From Planctomycetales bacterium (GTDB lineage: Bacteria > Planctomycetota > Phycisphaerae > SM23-33), in NCBI GenBank assembly GCA_030592655.1, contig JAUVIQ010000002.1:1-47458 (forward strand): a DNA stretch of 47,458 nucleotides, read 5' to 3'. The notes under the pieces were generated by a model. The model was not told the DNA's origin. It saw nothing but the letters and a program-made list of their open reading frames with translations, and searched no databases. Positions within the stretch are counted from its first letter, which is position 1. Every line of letters begins with the position of its first letter. Positions 17,540-26,413 of this stretch are shown here, one piece after another. Made by a program: the position numbers and the translations under genes.

Positions 17540-17985
17540 GCCGGTGGCCGGGTAATGCTGAGATGGAGCGCACAACGTTTGGCGGCTTGTCTCGCGGGCA
17601 ATTGATGTCCCGCATTCACAGCACCGGAAACCAGACGACGGAAAAGCGACTGGTTGTGCTACTCCGAAGAGCGGGCTTGAGCGGATGGCGCAGGCACCGC
17701 CCGCTTCTCGGACGGCCCGACTTCGTGTGGCCAAAGGCCAAGGTCGTCGTCTTCGTTGACGGATGTTTCTGGCACGGCCATGACTGCGGCAAAAACGTTA
17801 GCCCAAAGACTAACGTTGAAGCTTGGCGCGAGAAGATACGCCGTAACAAGGAACGGGACCGACGCGTAGACCGTTTACTTCGCCAGCAGGGCTGGCAGAT
17901 TGTGCGAATATGGGAATGCGAACTTGCCAAGAAGCCTGACAGCTGCATTGACCGAATCAGAAAAGCGTTGGGTACTCGAGGTTAA
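17536..17985 (+). CDS. vsr: Very-short-patch repair endonuclease
   Basis: [24 protein letters not shown] is the Vsr hallmark. I trimmed the start to ATG 17536, which overlaps the dcm stop as ATGA. Confidence 0.9.
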   Translation: MSRWPGNAEMERTTFGGLSRGQLMSRIHSTGNQTTEKRLVVLLRRAGLSGWRRHRPLLGRPDFVWPKAKVVVFVDGCFWHGHDCGKNVSPKTNVEAWREKIRRNKERDRRVDRLLRQQGWQIVRIWECELAKKPDSCIDRIRKALGTRG

Positions 17986-18055
17986 AGGATAGTTCAGTGC
18001 ATCCCCGTTACGTCAAGCCCGTGCCCGGCGACATCGCCAAGGCGATAACTGCTGA

Positions 18056-18784
18056 CTAAAGCGAATCGGCGTATTTGAGGATTTCGTCGATCCGGCCGAA
18101 GGGGTTCATGACATCTTCGGCCCGGAGGGTGAATGTATCTTCGGAGTTATCGAAGCCTTCGGCATGGGCATCTATAAAGCCGATATTGACCCGTCGCCCG
18201 CTGTGGTTGCGACGGGTGGGTTGACCCGGCATCTCGCTGTTGAGGTCCATCAGGATCGCGCGAACGTCCATTCCGTCGTCGTTACAACCGGGGCTGTCGA
18301 TATTGGCCGACTCTGCCTGGTCCATCTGCCTGTAAAGATATGAGCCGTAGGCGTCTTCGGCGCGCTGGTCGTTAAGTTTTGCGAGTTCTTCATCGGGGTC
18401 CGACGAGTTGTCGCCCGGGCCGAAGAAGCACTCCGCCGATGTCATCTCGTTCCTTATCAGCACCCCGCTCCCGTCGTAAGTCCTCAGCATCCCGATCCAG
18501 AGTCGATTGGTACCGTATTGCCTGCATGGATCGTCGGGCATTCCGGGGTATGGAAACGTCGAGCTGAGCGGGTCTTCCGGGCCGGTCGGGATGGAACCAT
18601 TGTATTGGGCTGAATACATGTGTATCGCTCGCATCTGCCCGCCCAGGCGGGTCAGGCAGATCGTTTCGCGCGTCAGGTCCTTTGCCCTGCCCAGGCTTGG
18701 AAGGAGGATGCTTACCAGAAGCGCGATAATGGCAACAACGACGAGCAACTCGACCAACGTGAACGCTTTGCGTGATTTTTTCAT
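18056..18784 (-). CDS. Prepilin-type N-terminal cleavage/methylation domain protein (DUF1559-like pseudopilin)
   Basis: I trimmed the start to ATG 18784: MKKSRKAFTLVELLVVVAIIALLVSILLPSL is a classic type IV pilin-like N-terminus. This family is abundant in Planctomycetota. Confidence 0.85.
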   Translation of the reverse strand: MKKSRKAFTLVELLVVVAIIALLVSILLPSLGRAKDLTRETICLTRLGGQMRAIHMYSAQYNGSIPTGPEDPLSSTFPYPGMPDDPCRQYGTNRLWIGMLRTYDGSGVLIRNEMTSAECFFGPGDNSSDPDEELAKLNDQRAEDAYGSYLYRQMDQAESANIDSPGCNDDGMDVRAILMDLNSEMPGQPTRRNHSGRRVNIGFIDAHAEGFDNSEDTFTLRAEDVMNPFGRIDEILKYADSL

Positions 18785-18864
18785 ACCCACCAAGAGGGCA
18801 AACCGGATGCCAAAGGATTGATGATGCGTTTTTGAGCAAACCCACCTGCACATTTGGTGCATTT

Positions 18865-18898
18865 GAAAAACCGACACCCCCAGGGGGCGTCGGCTTTT
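18865..18898 (-). terminator. Rho-independent terminator after the tRNA genes
   Basis: The minus strand reads AAAGCCGACGCCCCC-U-GGGGGUGUCGGUUU followed by UUUUC. Two G.U pairs form only on the minus-strand RNA. Confidence 0.6.
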
Positions 18899-18940
18899 AC
18901 GCTCATTACTTGTTCACAACGGGCAGGATTTGTCCGGTAA

Positions 18941-18965
18941 GTCTTCGTCCCCTGGGGACGAAGAC
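18941..18965 (-). other. 11-bp hairpin abutting the 3' end of the tRNA-Tyr-like gene
   Basis: gtcttcgtccc / gggacgaagac with a 3-nt loop and no U-tract. It may be a processing or terminator element. Confidence 0.4.
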
Positions 18966-19048
18966 TGGGAGCGGGTGGATTCGAACCACCGTAGGCGTAC
19001 GCCGTCAGATTTAAAGTCTGATCCCTTTGTCCACTCGGGCACACTCCC
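18966..19048 (-). tRNA. tRNA-Tyr-like class II tRNA with anticodon UUA (ochre-suppressor type)
   Basis: Reverse complement (83 nt): GGGAGTGTGCCCGAGTGGACAAAGGGATCAGACTTTAAATCTGACGGCGTACGCCTACGGTGGTTCGAATCCACCCGCTCCCA. The acceptor stem is GGGAGTG/CGCTCCC (one G.U). The anticodon stem is TCAGA/TCTGA with loop CTTTAAA, giving anticodon TTA (19012-19014). It has a long variable arm, a T arm GGTGG-TTCGAAT-CCACC, discriminator A, and no encoded CCA. The D and anticodon arms closely resemble E. coli tRNA-Tyr as I recall it, except for G34 to U. Confidence 0.8.
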
Positions 19049-19088
19049 AATCGGGGATAGGATGATACCATCATTTCAGAATTAGTCA

Positions 19089-19160
19089 AGCCAGCGGAGG
19101 GACTCGAACCCACAACCCCGGCTTTACAAAAGCCGTGCTCTACCGTTGAGCTACGCTGGC
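19089..19160 (-). tRNA. tRNA-Thr (anticodon UGU)
   Basis: Reverse complement: GCCAGCGTAGCTCAACGGTAGAGCACGGCTTTTGTAAAGCCGGGGTTGTGGGTTCGAGTCCCTCCGCTGGCT. The acceptor stem is GCCAGCG/CGCTGGC. The anticodon stem is CGGCT/AGCCG with loop TTTGTAA. The T stem has one U-U mismatch. Confidence 0.9.
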
Positions 19161-19167
19161 GGTGTTG

Positions 19168-19194
19168 CCGGAAGACCGGAGGACCGGAAGACCG
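19168..19194. repeat. Tandem (CCGGARGA)x3 octamers just upstream of tRNA-Thr
   Basis: Read directly: ccggaaga ccggagga ccggaaga ccg. Confidence 0.9.
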
Positions 19195-19240
19195 TGAAAA
19201 AAAACAAAAAGACCCAAAAGAAAAAATATCAAAACCGGAA

Positions 19241-19585
19241 CTCACGTCCACTGCATAAGCAGTTTATACAACATCGCACAAATCCTGTCATACTTATCGT
19301 CTATTTCGTCATGAGTTTTCTTTGAAAGGTAACCACAAGCCAAAGCAAAATCAAGCCAGCCTCTCGTCTCTTCGGCAGAACCCCAGGCATCGGTTATATG
19401 CCTGCCGAAAACATTCTTATACCTGCGTTTCGCAAAACCCTCGCGGAGGTTTGACGGGACGCTACGAGAGCTCCGGCGAATCTGATCGGTCAGGCTGTAT
19501 TTTTCTTCAGGCTAAAAAAGACTTCGAGGCATGAAAAACATCCATCGCCGCTTCAAAAGACAGACAATACACAACTAAATCGTGA
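19241..19585 (-). pseudogene. Four-helix-bundle protein (23S rRNA intervening-sequence protein family), frameshifted
   Basis: One minus frame gives (GTG 19585) AGVRTVHDLVVYCLSFEAAMDVFHASKSFLA*. A second frame gives PEEKYSLTDQIRRSSRSVPSNLREGFAKRRY...WGSAEETRGWLDFALACGYLSKKTHDEIDDKYDRICAMLYKLLMQWT* (stop 19241). Together they match the family pattern FPKEE.Y.L..Q.RR...S...N..EG as I remember it. The break is in a T6 run near 19510-19516. Confidence 0.5.
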
Positions 19586-19663
19586 ACCGTCCTAACGCCG
19601 GCCACTGCAACACTCCCACGGTCTTTTCATTTGGTTTTATCGCTCTGCTGTTTTTTACGGTAT

Positions 19664-19687
19664 TCCGGTCATCCGGTCATCCGGTAG
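19664..19687. repeat. Tandem (TCCGGTCA)-like octamers, about 3 copies, just 3' of the Wzc-like gene
   Basis: Read directly: tccggtca tccggtca tccggtag. Confidence 0.9.
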
Positions 19688-19690
19688 AAA

Positions 19691-21931
19691 CTATGTCAGC
19701 GATTTTTGATGGTACTCGTAGAAGGTTTCGTAATTTTTTCGCAGGTATCCGCCGGCGGTCGAACGGACTCCCTGGAGTACCACGCCGAAGACACGAGCGC
19801 CGAGGCGGTTTAATCGCTCATTGGATCGCTGAACGATACCGGTACTGTTGACACCGGCGCGCACTACCAGGATAACACCATCGACCTTCGTACCAAGGAC
19901 ACAGGAATCGGCGACGACCATCAGCGGAGAACCGTCAAAGATGACCTGGTCATACTCGTCGGTCATTTCCGAGATGATTTTACCCATCGTATCAGAACCC
20001 AGCAGATCGGCTGGGTTCGGTGGTAGCGGACCTGAAGTTATCACGCTGAGGTTCGGAACCTCGGTAGTCGAAACGACATCCCGCCAGTCCGATTGTCCCA
20101 CCAGCGCCGAGGACAAACCCGTATCTGAATCCTTCGAGAACATTTCCGCAACGGCAGGTCTGTGGAAATTGGCGTCCACAACGAGCACTTTCCGTCCTGA
20201 TTGCGCCATTGACACCGCCAGATTCATCGTTACCGTGGTCCGACCGTCCTGGGGAGCCGGTGAAGTTACCAGGAGACTTCGACGTTGCTGCTCCGGACCG
20301 CTGAAAAGAAGATTGGTCCGAATCTGCCTGAACGCTTCAGACGCCGGCGAATGCGGTGCAAGCATGGTTACCCGACGGAAATCCACAACATCTTCATCCA
20401 GGTCGTCGGCGTGAGGAACCATCCCCAACAGCGGAAGATCAACTCGTCTGGCCAAATCGGACGGACTCTTGACGGATGTGTCCATGAACTCCAGCAGAAA
20501 TGCCAGTCCGAAGCCCAACATCAGACCCAGTATAACCCCAAGGGGTATCAAAACGGCCACGTTAGGCTGGGTCCATTCGTCTTTTCTCGGTTCGGTAGCG
20601 TATGCCTCAATAGTTACAGGACCTGTTTCCAACTGCTCTTCGCCGGCTCTGGATCCCAACATCCGCAAGTCTCTCAACTTTGCCTCAATTTTGGCAAGAT
20701 CGATCTGGATGTTCTTGAGTTCCTCCTGGAACGTTTCGATTTGCCCCAGCGCCTTTTGCAGTTCCCTCGCATCAACCTGGACACGGAGGCGTCGTTCTTT
20801 CAGATCGACCAGTTGTTTTTTGGCGCCTTCTTCCTGCATCCAGCGTATCTGCCCCATCATCGATATCTGGTCGGCAAGTACTTCTTTTGTTCTGTTTCCT
20901 ATCTGGTTCTTTACTGCCTGTATCATTCCCTTGATGTTCTGAACCTGCCGATGCTTCTCGCCGAATTTCTGAACGGCATTATAGAGCGATGTTTCCAGTC
21001 CGGCCAGTTGGTTCTTGAGACCCCGAAGCGTATAATCCATGTCAATCATCTGACGTATCTGCGGGTCATTGGCAATAGACTTATCCACTTGCCCTTTTTG
21101 AAAGGCGTCCAGACCCTCTTTGTAGGCCTTCATCGCGGATTCCGCCAGGGACAGTTCGTCTTCTGCCTCACCAATCTGCCGGGTAAGATACAGTAATTCC
21201 GCAGCTATGGTATTCTGACGCCCATGCATGGCAGCGATATGCTTGCCCCTCATGATATTTGCAAGTTTCTGACGAGTTGTTGTGCGTCTTCTTATCAGTC
21301 CGTTTCTCTCGTCCTGAAATTTCTTTGTCGTACTGGCCCGTTTCCTGCGTGCAATTTTCCTGGTGTACTTCACGAAGGAATTGGCCATTGCGTTGACGAT
21401 GTCAGCCAGGGCTTTTCTGTTGGTACCGGTCATGGACAGGCTGATGAGGTTCGTTTCCGGCATGAGGGAGATATCAATCTCACCTTCGAGTTCTTCCTCG
21501 AGGTCTTTGCGGTGTTTCAGGAGCCATTTCCCTGCCGGGGTGCTCGTGTCCTTCATGCGATCCTCGTCCGCCACACCGCGCAAAACGGTTTGATGATTGA
21601 CCTGTGCAGCCTGAGTGCGTTTGTTCCGCTCGATGGCGTCCTTGGTGTACTGGGGCGTCGCTATCTGCATCATGCTCATCGGTGGTGGAGAGACGTGCAG
21701 GAAGGCCTTTGCGGTAAATCCCTTTGCAAAGTTCCACCACAACAGCGTTACGGTCCCCATAACGGCGACACATATCACAAACGACAGGATAATCACCCAT
21801 TTACGCTTGCGGATAATTCGCCATATATCCTTGGGGGTAATTCCGGACGCTGCCTGCGCCGGCTGCAACGACCGCCTCACCGGTGCGGCTAGTTGCGGCG
21901 ACTGTTCACGAGTAGGTATCATCGTTGTCAT
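19691..21931 (-). CDS. Polysaccharide co-polymerase / BY-kinase (Wzc/GumC/EpsG-like) chain-length determinant
   Basis: An N-terminal Wzz-like region has a TM helix (VIILSFVICVAVMGTVTLLWW). It is followed by a long coiled coil and a second TM. The C-terminal P-loop domain includes LLVTSPAPQDGRTTVTMNLA, VLVVDANFHRP and DQVIFDGSP. The tail is Tyr-rich (YLRKNYETFYEY). Confidence 0.85.
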   Translation of the reverse strand: MTTMIPTREQSPQLAAPVRRSLQPAQAASGITPKDIWRIIRKRKWVIILSFVICVAVMGTVTLLWWNFAKGFTAKAFLHVSPPPMSMMQIATPQYTKDAIERNKRTQAAQVNHQTVLRGVADEDRMKDTSTPAGKWLLKHRKDLEEELEGEIDISLMPETNLISLSMTGTNRKALADIVNAMANSFVKYTRKIARRKRASTTKKFQDERNGLIRRRTTTRQKLANIMRGKHIAAMHGRQNTIAAELLYLTRQIGEAEDELSLAESAMKAYKEGLDAFQKGQVDKSIANDPQIRQMIDMDYTLRGLKNQLAGLETSLYNAVQKFGEKHRQVQNIKGMIQAVKNQIGNRTKEVLADQISMMGQIRWMQEEGAKKQLVDLKERRLRVQVDARELQKALGQIETFQEELKNIQIDLAKIEAKLRDLRMLGSRAGEEQLETGPVTIEAYATEPRKDEWTQPNVAVLIPLGVILGLMLGFGLAFLLEFMDTSVKSPSDLARRVDLPLLGMVPHADDLDEDVVDFRRVTMLAPHSPASEAFRQIRTNLLFSGPEQQRRSLLVTSPAPQDGRTTVTMNLAVSMAQSGRKVLVVDANFHRPAVAEMFSKDSDTGLSSALVGQSDWRDVVSTTEVPNLSVITSGPLPPNPADLLGSDTMGKIISEMTDEYDQVIFDGSPLMVVADSCVLGTKVDGVILVVRAGVNSTGIVQRSNERLNRLGARVFGVVLQGVRSTAGGYLRKNYETFYEYHQKSLT

Positions 21932-24900
21932 TATTCGTTACTCCCGCCGGGCGTGCCACCAAGCCTGATAAGGGCTTCGCGCAATTCCCGGTAATATTTA
22001 TTTTTGGGATCGTCTTTGACGAGTTCCCATCCAGACAGATATTGACGATACGCATCATCTTTGCGATTCATTTTCTCGTAAACTTCACCCAAATGCAACC
22101 TGTTTGGCGGTGTTGAGCGTTTCTCGACAGATCGGCTTAATAAGTCCAGGGCTTCATCATACTTACCCATCCGCAGCAGCACATATCCGCAGGTGTCCAG
22201 AAGTTCACCATTGTCGGGTGCTAGTTTACACGCTTTTCGGATATATGGTAGAGCCTGATCCGGTTTATTCATATGGCGGGCCAGAAGCCAGGCAAGATTA
22301 TTCAATGCACTGGGGTCATTCGGGTTTATTTTCAGGGTCTCTTTGTGCACCCGCAGACTATCATCGTACTGACCTAATCTGATATAAATAAATCCCAGCC
22401 TCCCCATGATAGCCGTCTTGTAACGGTCTGTTTTGGCGCCTTTCAGGGCATCGCTGTAGTACTTCGCGGCGGTTTCGAAGTCTTTTTCCTGCTTTAGCAG
22501 TATTTCGCCCATCATATGGTATATCTGTGGGTCGTTTGGTTTTACCTTGAGCAGGAGTTTCAGTTTTTCGATGGCCTGGTCCGGCGGATAGGCTTTTCGG
22601 ACCTGTTGGAGCACAAACGAAAGTTGTCCGTCGGATTTGGTTGATTTCGCAGCGGCGGCAAACTCCGCATCCGCAGCGGAGTGGCGATTGGACTTCGCCA
22701 GCGCCAGCGCCGTAACGGACATCACGCGGGGCAATATCTTTTCATTGTTGCGAAGTTTTTTACCGACGGCTATCGCGTCGTTGAACCGTTTGTCCTCTAC
22801 CAGCGCCCTCATTCTGAAAAAGGCTACGCCGATATCATTGGGCGCTAGTTTCACCGCTTCATCAAGGGCTGCAACCGCCCTGGAGGGAATCTTTCTTTGG
22901 AGCCACATATCGGCTTCTTTACGAAGCCAGAACGTATCGTCAGGATAGGCCTTTCTACCTGCAACCAGTATTCTTTCCTGTGATGCCCACCGACGGTTGC
23001 GTCCATACAATCTTGCCAGAGATTTCAGGACAATGTTGCTCTTGGGGTAATCGGACAACAAACCCCGCAGGATACCAATGGCGTCATCGACGCGGTTCAT
23101 GCTTTCGTACTCACCGGCAAGACGCACCGCGATTCTCGGTGCGGCGCCTGCCAGTCTGGCCGATTCCAAATCCGCCACTGCCAGGAGCCTGTTACCCTCG
23201 GCAAGATGCACGTCGGCCCGATGTTCCAGGGCGGGAACGTAATTGGAGCGCATCTTCAGTGTATTGTCCAGAATCTTCTTTGCCCTGGTGTACTCCTTGC
23301 GCTTGATATAAATCAACGCCTTCAGCGTCAGCATTTCCACGTCAGTTCGGTCTTTTTGTAATCGCTGGTTAATTTTCTTTTCCGCGTCGTCGAGTTTCTT
23401 TGCGCTAATCAGGTAAACGATCAAGCGTATCGCTTCCTGCGGGGGCGTTTTTTCGCCTTCGATGTCGATGTGTTTCTGTTGTTTTTCGACGGCTTGGGTC
23501 CAACGTCCGTGGCGTGCGTTGAAGCGGGCGGTTCCGAGATACCCCCTTGAGTCCTTAGGGTCAGCGGCAACAGCCTTTTTGTAAATTGTTTCCGCCTGTT
23601 CGCTCGCGCCCGCCTTATCGAGGTAATCAGCCCATATCAGATATGCAGCCACTTTATCGGACGCCTTCGTTGCGTATTCGGCCAACATATTTCTTGCTTC
23701 GACGTCGCGTTTTCTCCGGAGGAGGAATTCGGCCAATGCTCCGATCATTACGGGATTCCCACCGGAAATCTCCACCATCGACCGGAAAACCCGCTCGGCT
23801 TGGGATATCCGTCCGGTCTTTTCGTAAAGCATTGCCAGGTAAGAGAGGTTGAGAAGATTTTTCGGATGGGTACTGGCGGTTTGTTCGCGGTACTTGATTG
23901 CCTCTTCGGGATCGCGTTCAAGACGCATATACTCTTCCCTGATCTGCGTATTCTGCGGAGCGAATTTATATGCCTGTTTGACCCAATGGGTGTAATCGGC
24001 GGTATTACCTGCTGCTGCGCTGACGCGGATCATCCCGACAAGCGCGTTCACATTGGAGGGGTTCTGTGCGTAGGCGGATTCGTATTGCTTCCTTGCCTGG
24101 TCGATTTCGCCCTTGGCGAGATAGCAATTTCCCATAAGCGCGTGAGCGCGACTGAAGACGGGGCGTATCTGAAGCACCTTCTGGAGCAAAGCAATAGCCT
24201 CGTCCAACTTTCCGCGTCTGACGGCCAGTTCCGCCCGGAACGTAAGCCCGCCGACGGAATCGAGATTATTCTCCGCTGCGGCGTCAACGTACTTTTGAGC
24301 CGTTTCCCAATCACCCTTACCGAGTGCATACGCAAACCGCCGATGGATAACGGTGGGGTTTTTGGGGTCCTTGGTCTCGGCGACAGCAAGATATTCGAGG
24401 AACTTTTTCTCCTGCCCGGATGAACGATAGACATCAGCGATAAGCAACGCCTTCCGGACGGGGTCAGGGTCCGCTGACGCCCTCGCCAATCGCTGTTCCA
24501 GAATCTTTTTGGGATCCGTCTCCATCAGTTGCGACAGTTGCCTCTGCACTGCCGGGTTGTCTTTATAGGCCTGACGGGCGCGAGTGAGCATTTCTTTTGC
24601 CTGGTCAACCTCCTTGCGCATATTGTGCCACCTTATCATTTGGACCATTATGCCGAGGTTCTTCGGTTGCCTGGACAGGATGTCCGAAAGTATCTGAATA
24701 GCTGACACCTGCTCGCCCTGAAGCCAGAGCTGCTGTGCCCGTCGATAGAACAATTGCGTTGCCAAGGGGTCCAGATTCTTCAGTTCGGACGGGATACGTT
24801 TGGCCCGTCCCATAACGGCGTCCAGTGCTATCTGGACGGACACCATCGCTTCGGTGCGCTTTTCTTCGAGTATCGTCCGAAGTAATCGCTGGGCCTGTTC

Positions 24901-26397
24901 GTACTGACGGAGCTCGATGTACGATTGCAGCATTGCCTTTAGCGACGACGGGCTTCCCTTGCTGATTTTCATAAAGCGGGCAACGATTTCCTGAGCTTCG
25001 CCGGGTTCACCGAGTTTTTGGTAAAGATACTTAAGCAAACTCGCCGTCTTGATATCGTAAGAAACTCGACCGTCAATCGTCCTGAAGGAATCGTAGGCCT
25101 TACGGAGGAGTTTTACAGCCTTTCTGGGATCGTCATCGACAAACGCCAAACGCCCCTCGATCTTGGCGATATAGGGATTATAGAACCGGGCGGCGACGGG
25201 GCGGCTACCGTCGCTGATGTCCTGTATTTCCTTGAGCATATCTTTTACTGCCTGGACGGTTTTTTCCCTGTTACTCGTTGCCAGGCCGTCAAGCAGAACG
25301 TCGCAAAGTTGATGATCCAACATCACTATACCGACGGAGTAGTTCAGTAACTCTGCGCCTTTGAGGTCCGCTTTTTTATTTTTTCTGACCGCGTCGAGTC
25401 CTTTTTTCAGAATGGTTTCAGCCTCGTCCGATTCCTTGCGCATTATATAGATTCGCGCCAATTCGGAATAACCGCGATAATTGGCGGGTTCGACCTCGAC
25501 GGCCTTTTTAAGATGCGCAACGACCCGGTCAAAGTCCCGCTCCCGACGATAGTACGAAGCCAGCTCCAAATAGCCTACCGCCTTATCCGGATGGACTTCG
25601 ACGATCTTGTTGTATTGTTCCAGCGCTTCGGGCTTACGTTTTCGTTGCAGTAGATACCGTGCGTAACTGGTGCGGATTTGAGACGCTTTTTCGTTGGTCT
25701 CCAGCGCTTCTTTGAAGGTTTTTTCCGCCTGTTCGAGGCGGTCGGCGTCCTGGCTCATAAGACGGACAGTAACCAGTTTAATCCAGTATTCTTCCTGATC
25801 ACCGGCGATCTTGACGAGCCTCTGGAAGTCTTTCGTCGCCGACTTAAGCGATTCCGGATCCTCCTTCGCCAATCGCATATAAACCAATGCCCGCTGATAC
25901 AGTACCTTATGGTCGTCGGGAACCAACGCCAGAAGTCTATTGGTGGTGGCAATACACTCCTTGTAATCGGGGTTGCGCGGGTTAGAGTACATCCTATACT
26001 TCCACTTGGTAAGGAGCCGTTGGGCCTCGATGAATTTTGGATTGAAGAGCATCGCCCTCTGTAAAGCACCCAGGGCGTCACTAAAATTCTTGTCCCTGGC
26101 ACTTTTCCCGAGGGTTTTGTCCTTCTCTCTCCACTCCAGCAACACCTTGGCCCAGGACAGATAGTATCCAGGCTTTTCGGGGGCGTCATCCTTGGATACG
26201 TCGGCAGCGACGTGATAGTTGTAAGCGGCGGGTTCATATTTGCCTTCCTTCAAGAAGGCAGCAGCCTTGGATGCGTACACCTTCGGGTCTTTGGGCTGCC
26301 TCCAAATCGCAAAACCGACGCCCCCAACCAAAATCACCGCGCCGACCGACGCCAGAATGATTATCATCTTTGTGTTAAGTCGTTTTTTCTTCGCCAT
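21931..26397 (-). CDS. Very large TPR-repeat protein (PEP-CTERM-system PrsT-like)
   Basis: I trimmed the start to ATG 26397 (MAKKKRLNTKMIIILASVGAVILVGGVGFAIW membrane anchor); the longer track ORF would translate a heptamer array. TPR-like periodicity runs throughout. The TAA stop overlaps the Wzc-like ATG by 1 nt (TAATG). Confidence 0.8.
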   Translation of the reverse strand: MAKKKRLNTKMIIILASVGAVILVGGVGFAIWRQPKDPKVYASKAAAFLKEGKYEPAAYNYHVAADVSKDDAPEKPGYYLSWAKVLLEWREKDKTLGKSARDKNFSDALGALQRAMLFNPKFIEAQRLLTKWKYRMYSNPRNPDYKECIATTNRLLALVPDDHKVLYQRALVYMRLAKEDPESLKSATKDFQRLVKIAGDQEEYWIKLVTVRLMSQDADRLEQAEKTFKEALETNEKASQIRTSYARYLLQRKRKPEALEQYNKIVEVHPDKAVGYLELASYYRRERDFDRVVAHLKKAVEVEPANYRGYSELARIYIMRKESDEAETILKKGLDAVRKNKKADLKGAELLNYSVGIVMLDHQLCDVLLDGLATSNREKTVQAVKDMLKEIQDISDGSRPVAARFYNPYIAKIEGRLAFVDDDPRKAVKLLRKAYDSFRTIDGRVSYDIKTASLLKYLYQKLGEPGEAQEIVARFMKISKGSPSSLKAMLQSYIELRQYEQAQRLLRTILEEKRTEAMVSVQIALDAVMGRAKRIPSELKNLDPLATQLFYRRAQQLWLQGEQVSAIQILSDILSRQPKNLGIMVQMIRWHNMRKEVDQAKEMLTRARQAYKDNPAVQRQLSQLMETDPKKILEQRLARASADPDPVRKALLIADVYRSSGQEKKFLEYLAVAETKDPKNPTVIHRRFAYALGKGDWETAQKYVDAAAENNLDSVGGLTFRAELAVRRGKLDEAIALLQKVLQIRPVFSRAHALMGNCYLAKGEIDQARKQYESAYAQNPSNVNALVGMIRVSAAAGNTADYTHWVKQAYKFAPQNTQIREEYMRLERDPEEAIKYREQTASTHPKNLLNLSYLAMLYEKTGRISQAERVFRSMVEISGGNPVMIGALAEFLLRRKRDVEARNMLAEYATKASDKVAAYLIWADYLDKAGASEQAETIYKKAVAADPKDSRGYLGTARFNARHGRWTQAVEKQQKHIDIEGEKTPPQEAIRLIVYLISAKKLDDAEKKINQRLQKDRTDVEMLTLKALIYIKRKEYTRAKKILDNTLKMRSNYVPALEHRADVHLAEGNRLLAVADLESARLAGAAPRIAVRLAGEYESMNRVDDAIGILRGLLSDYPKSNIVLKSLARLYGRNRRWASQERILVAGRKAYPDDTFWLRKEADMWLQRKIPSRAVAALDEAVKLAPNDIGVAFFRMRALVEDKRFNDAIAVGKKLRNNEKILPRVMSVTALALAKSNRHSAADAEFAAAAKSTKSDGQLSFVLQQVRKAYPPDQAIEKLKLLLKVKPNDPQIYHMMGEILLKQEKDFETAAKYYSDALKGAKTDRYKTAIMGRLGFIYIRLGQYDDSLRVHKETLKINPNDPSALNNLAWLLARHMNKPDQALPYIRKACKLAPDNGELLDTCGYVLLRMGKYDEALDLLSRSVEKRSTPPNRLHLGEVYEKMNRKDDAYRQYLSGWELVKDDPKNKYYRELREALIRLGGTPGGSNE

Positions 26398-26413
26398 AAT
26401 TAATCCCTTATCA

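Noticed and set aside
18781-19251. 156-aa minus-strand ORF covering the tRNA region
   Set aside because: It is a translation of two tRNA genes, hairpins and a repeat array, so it is not coding.
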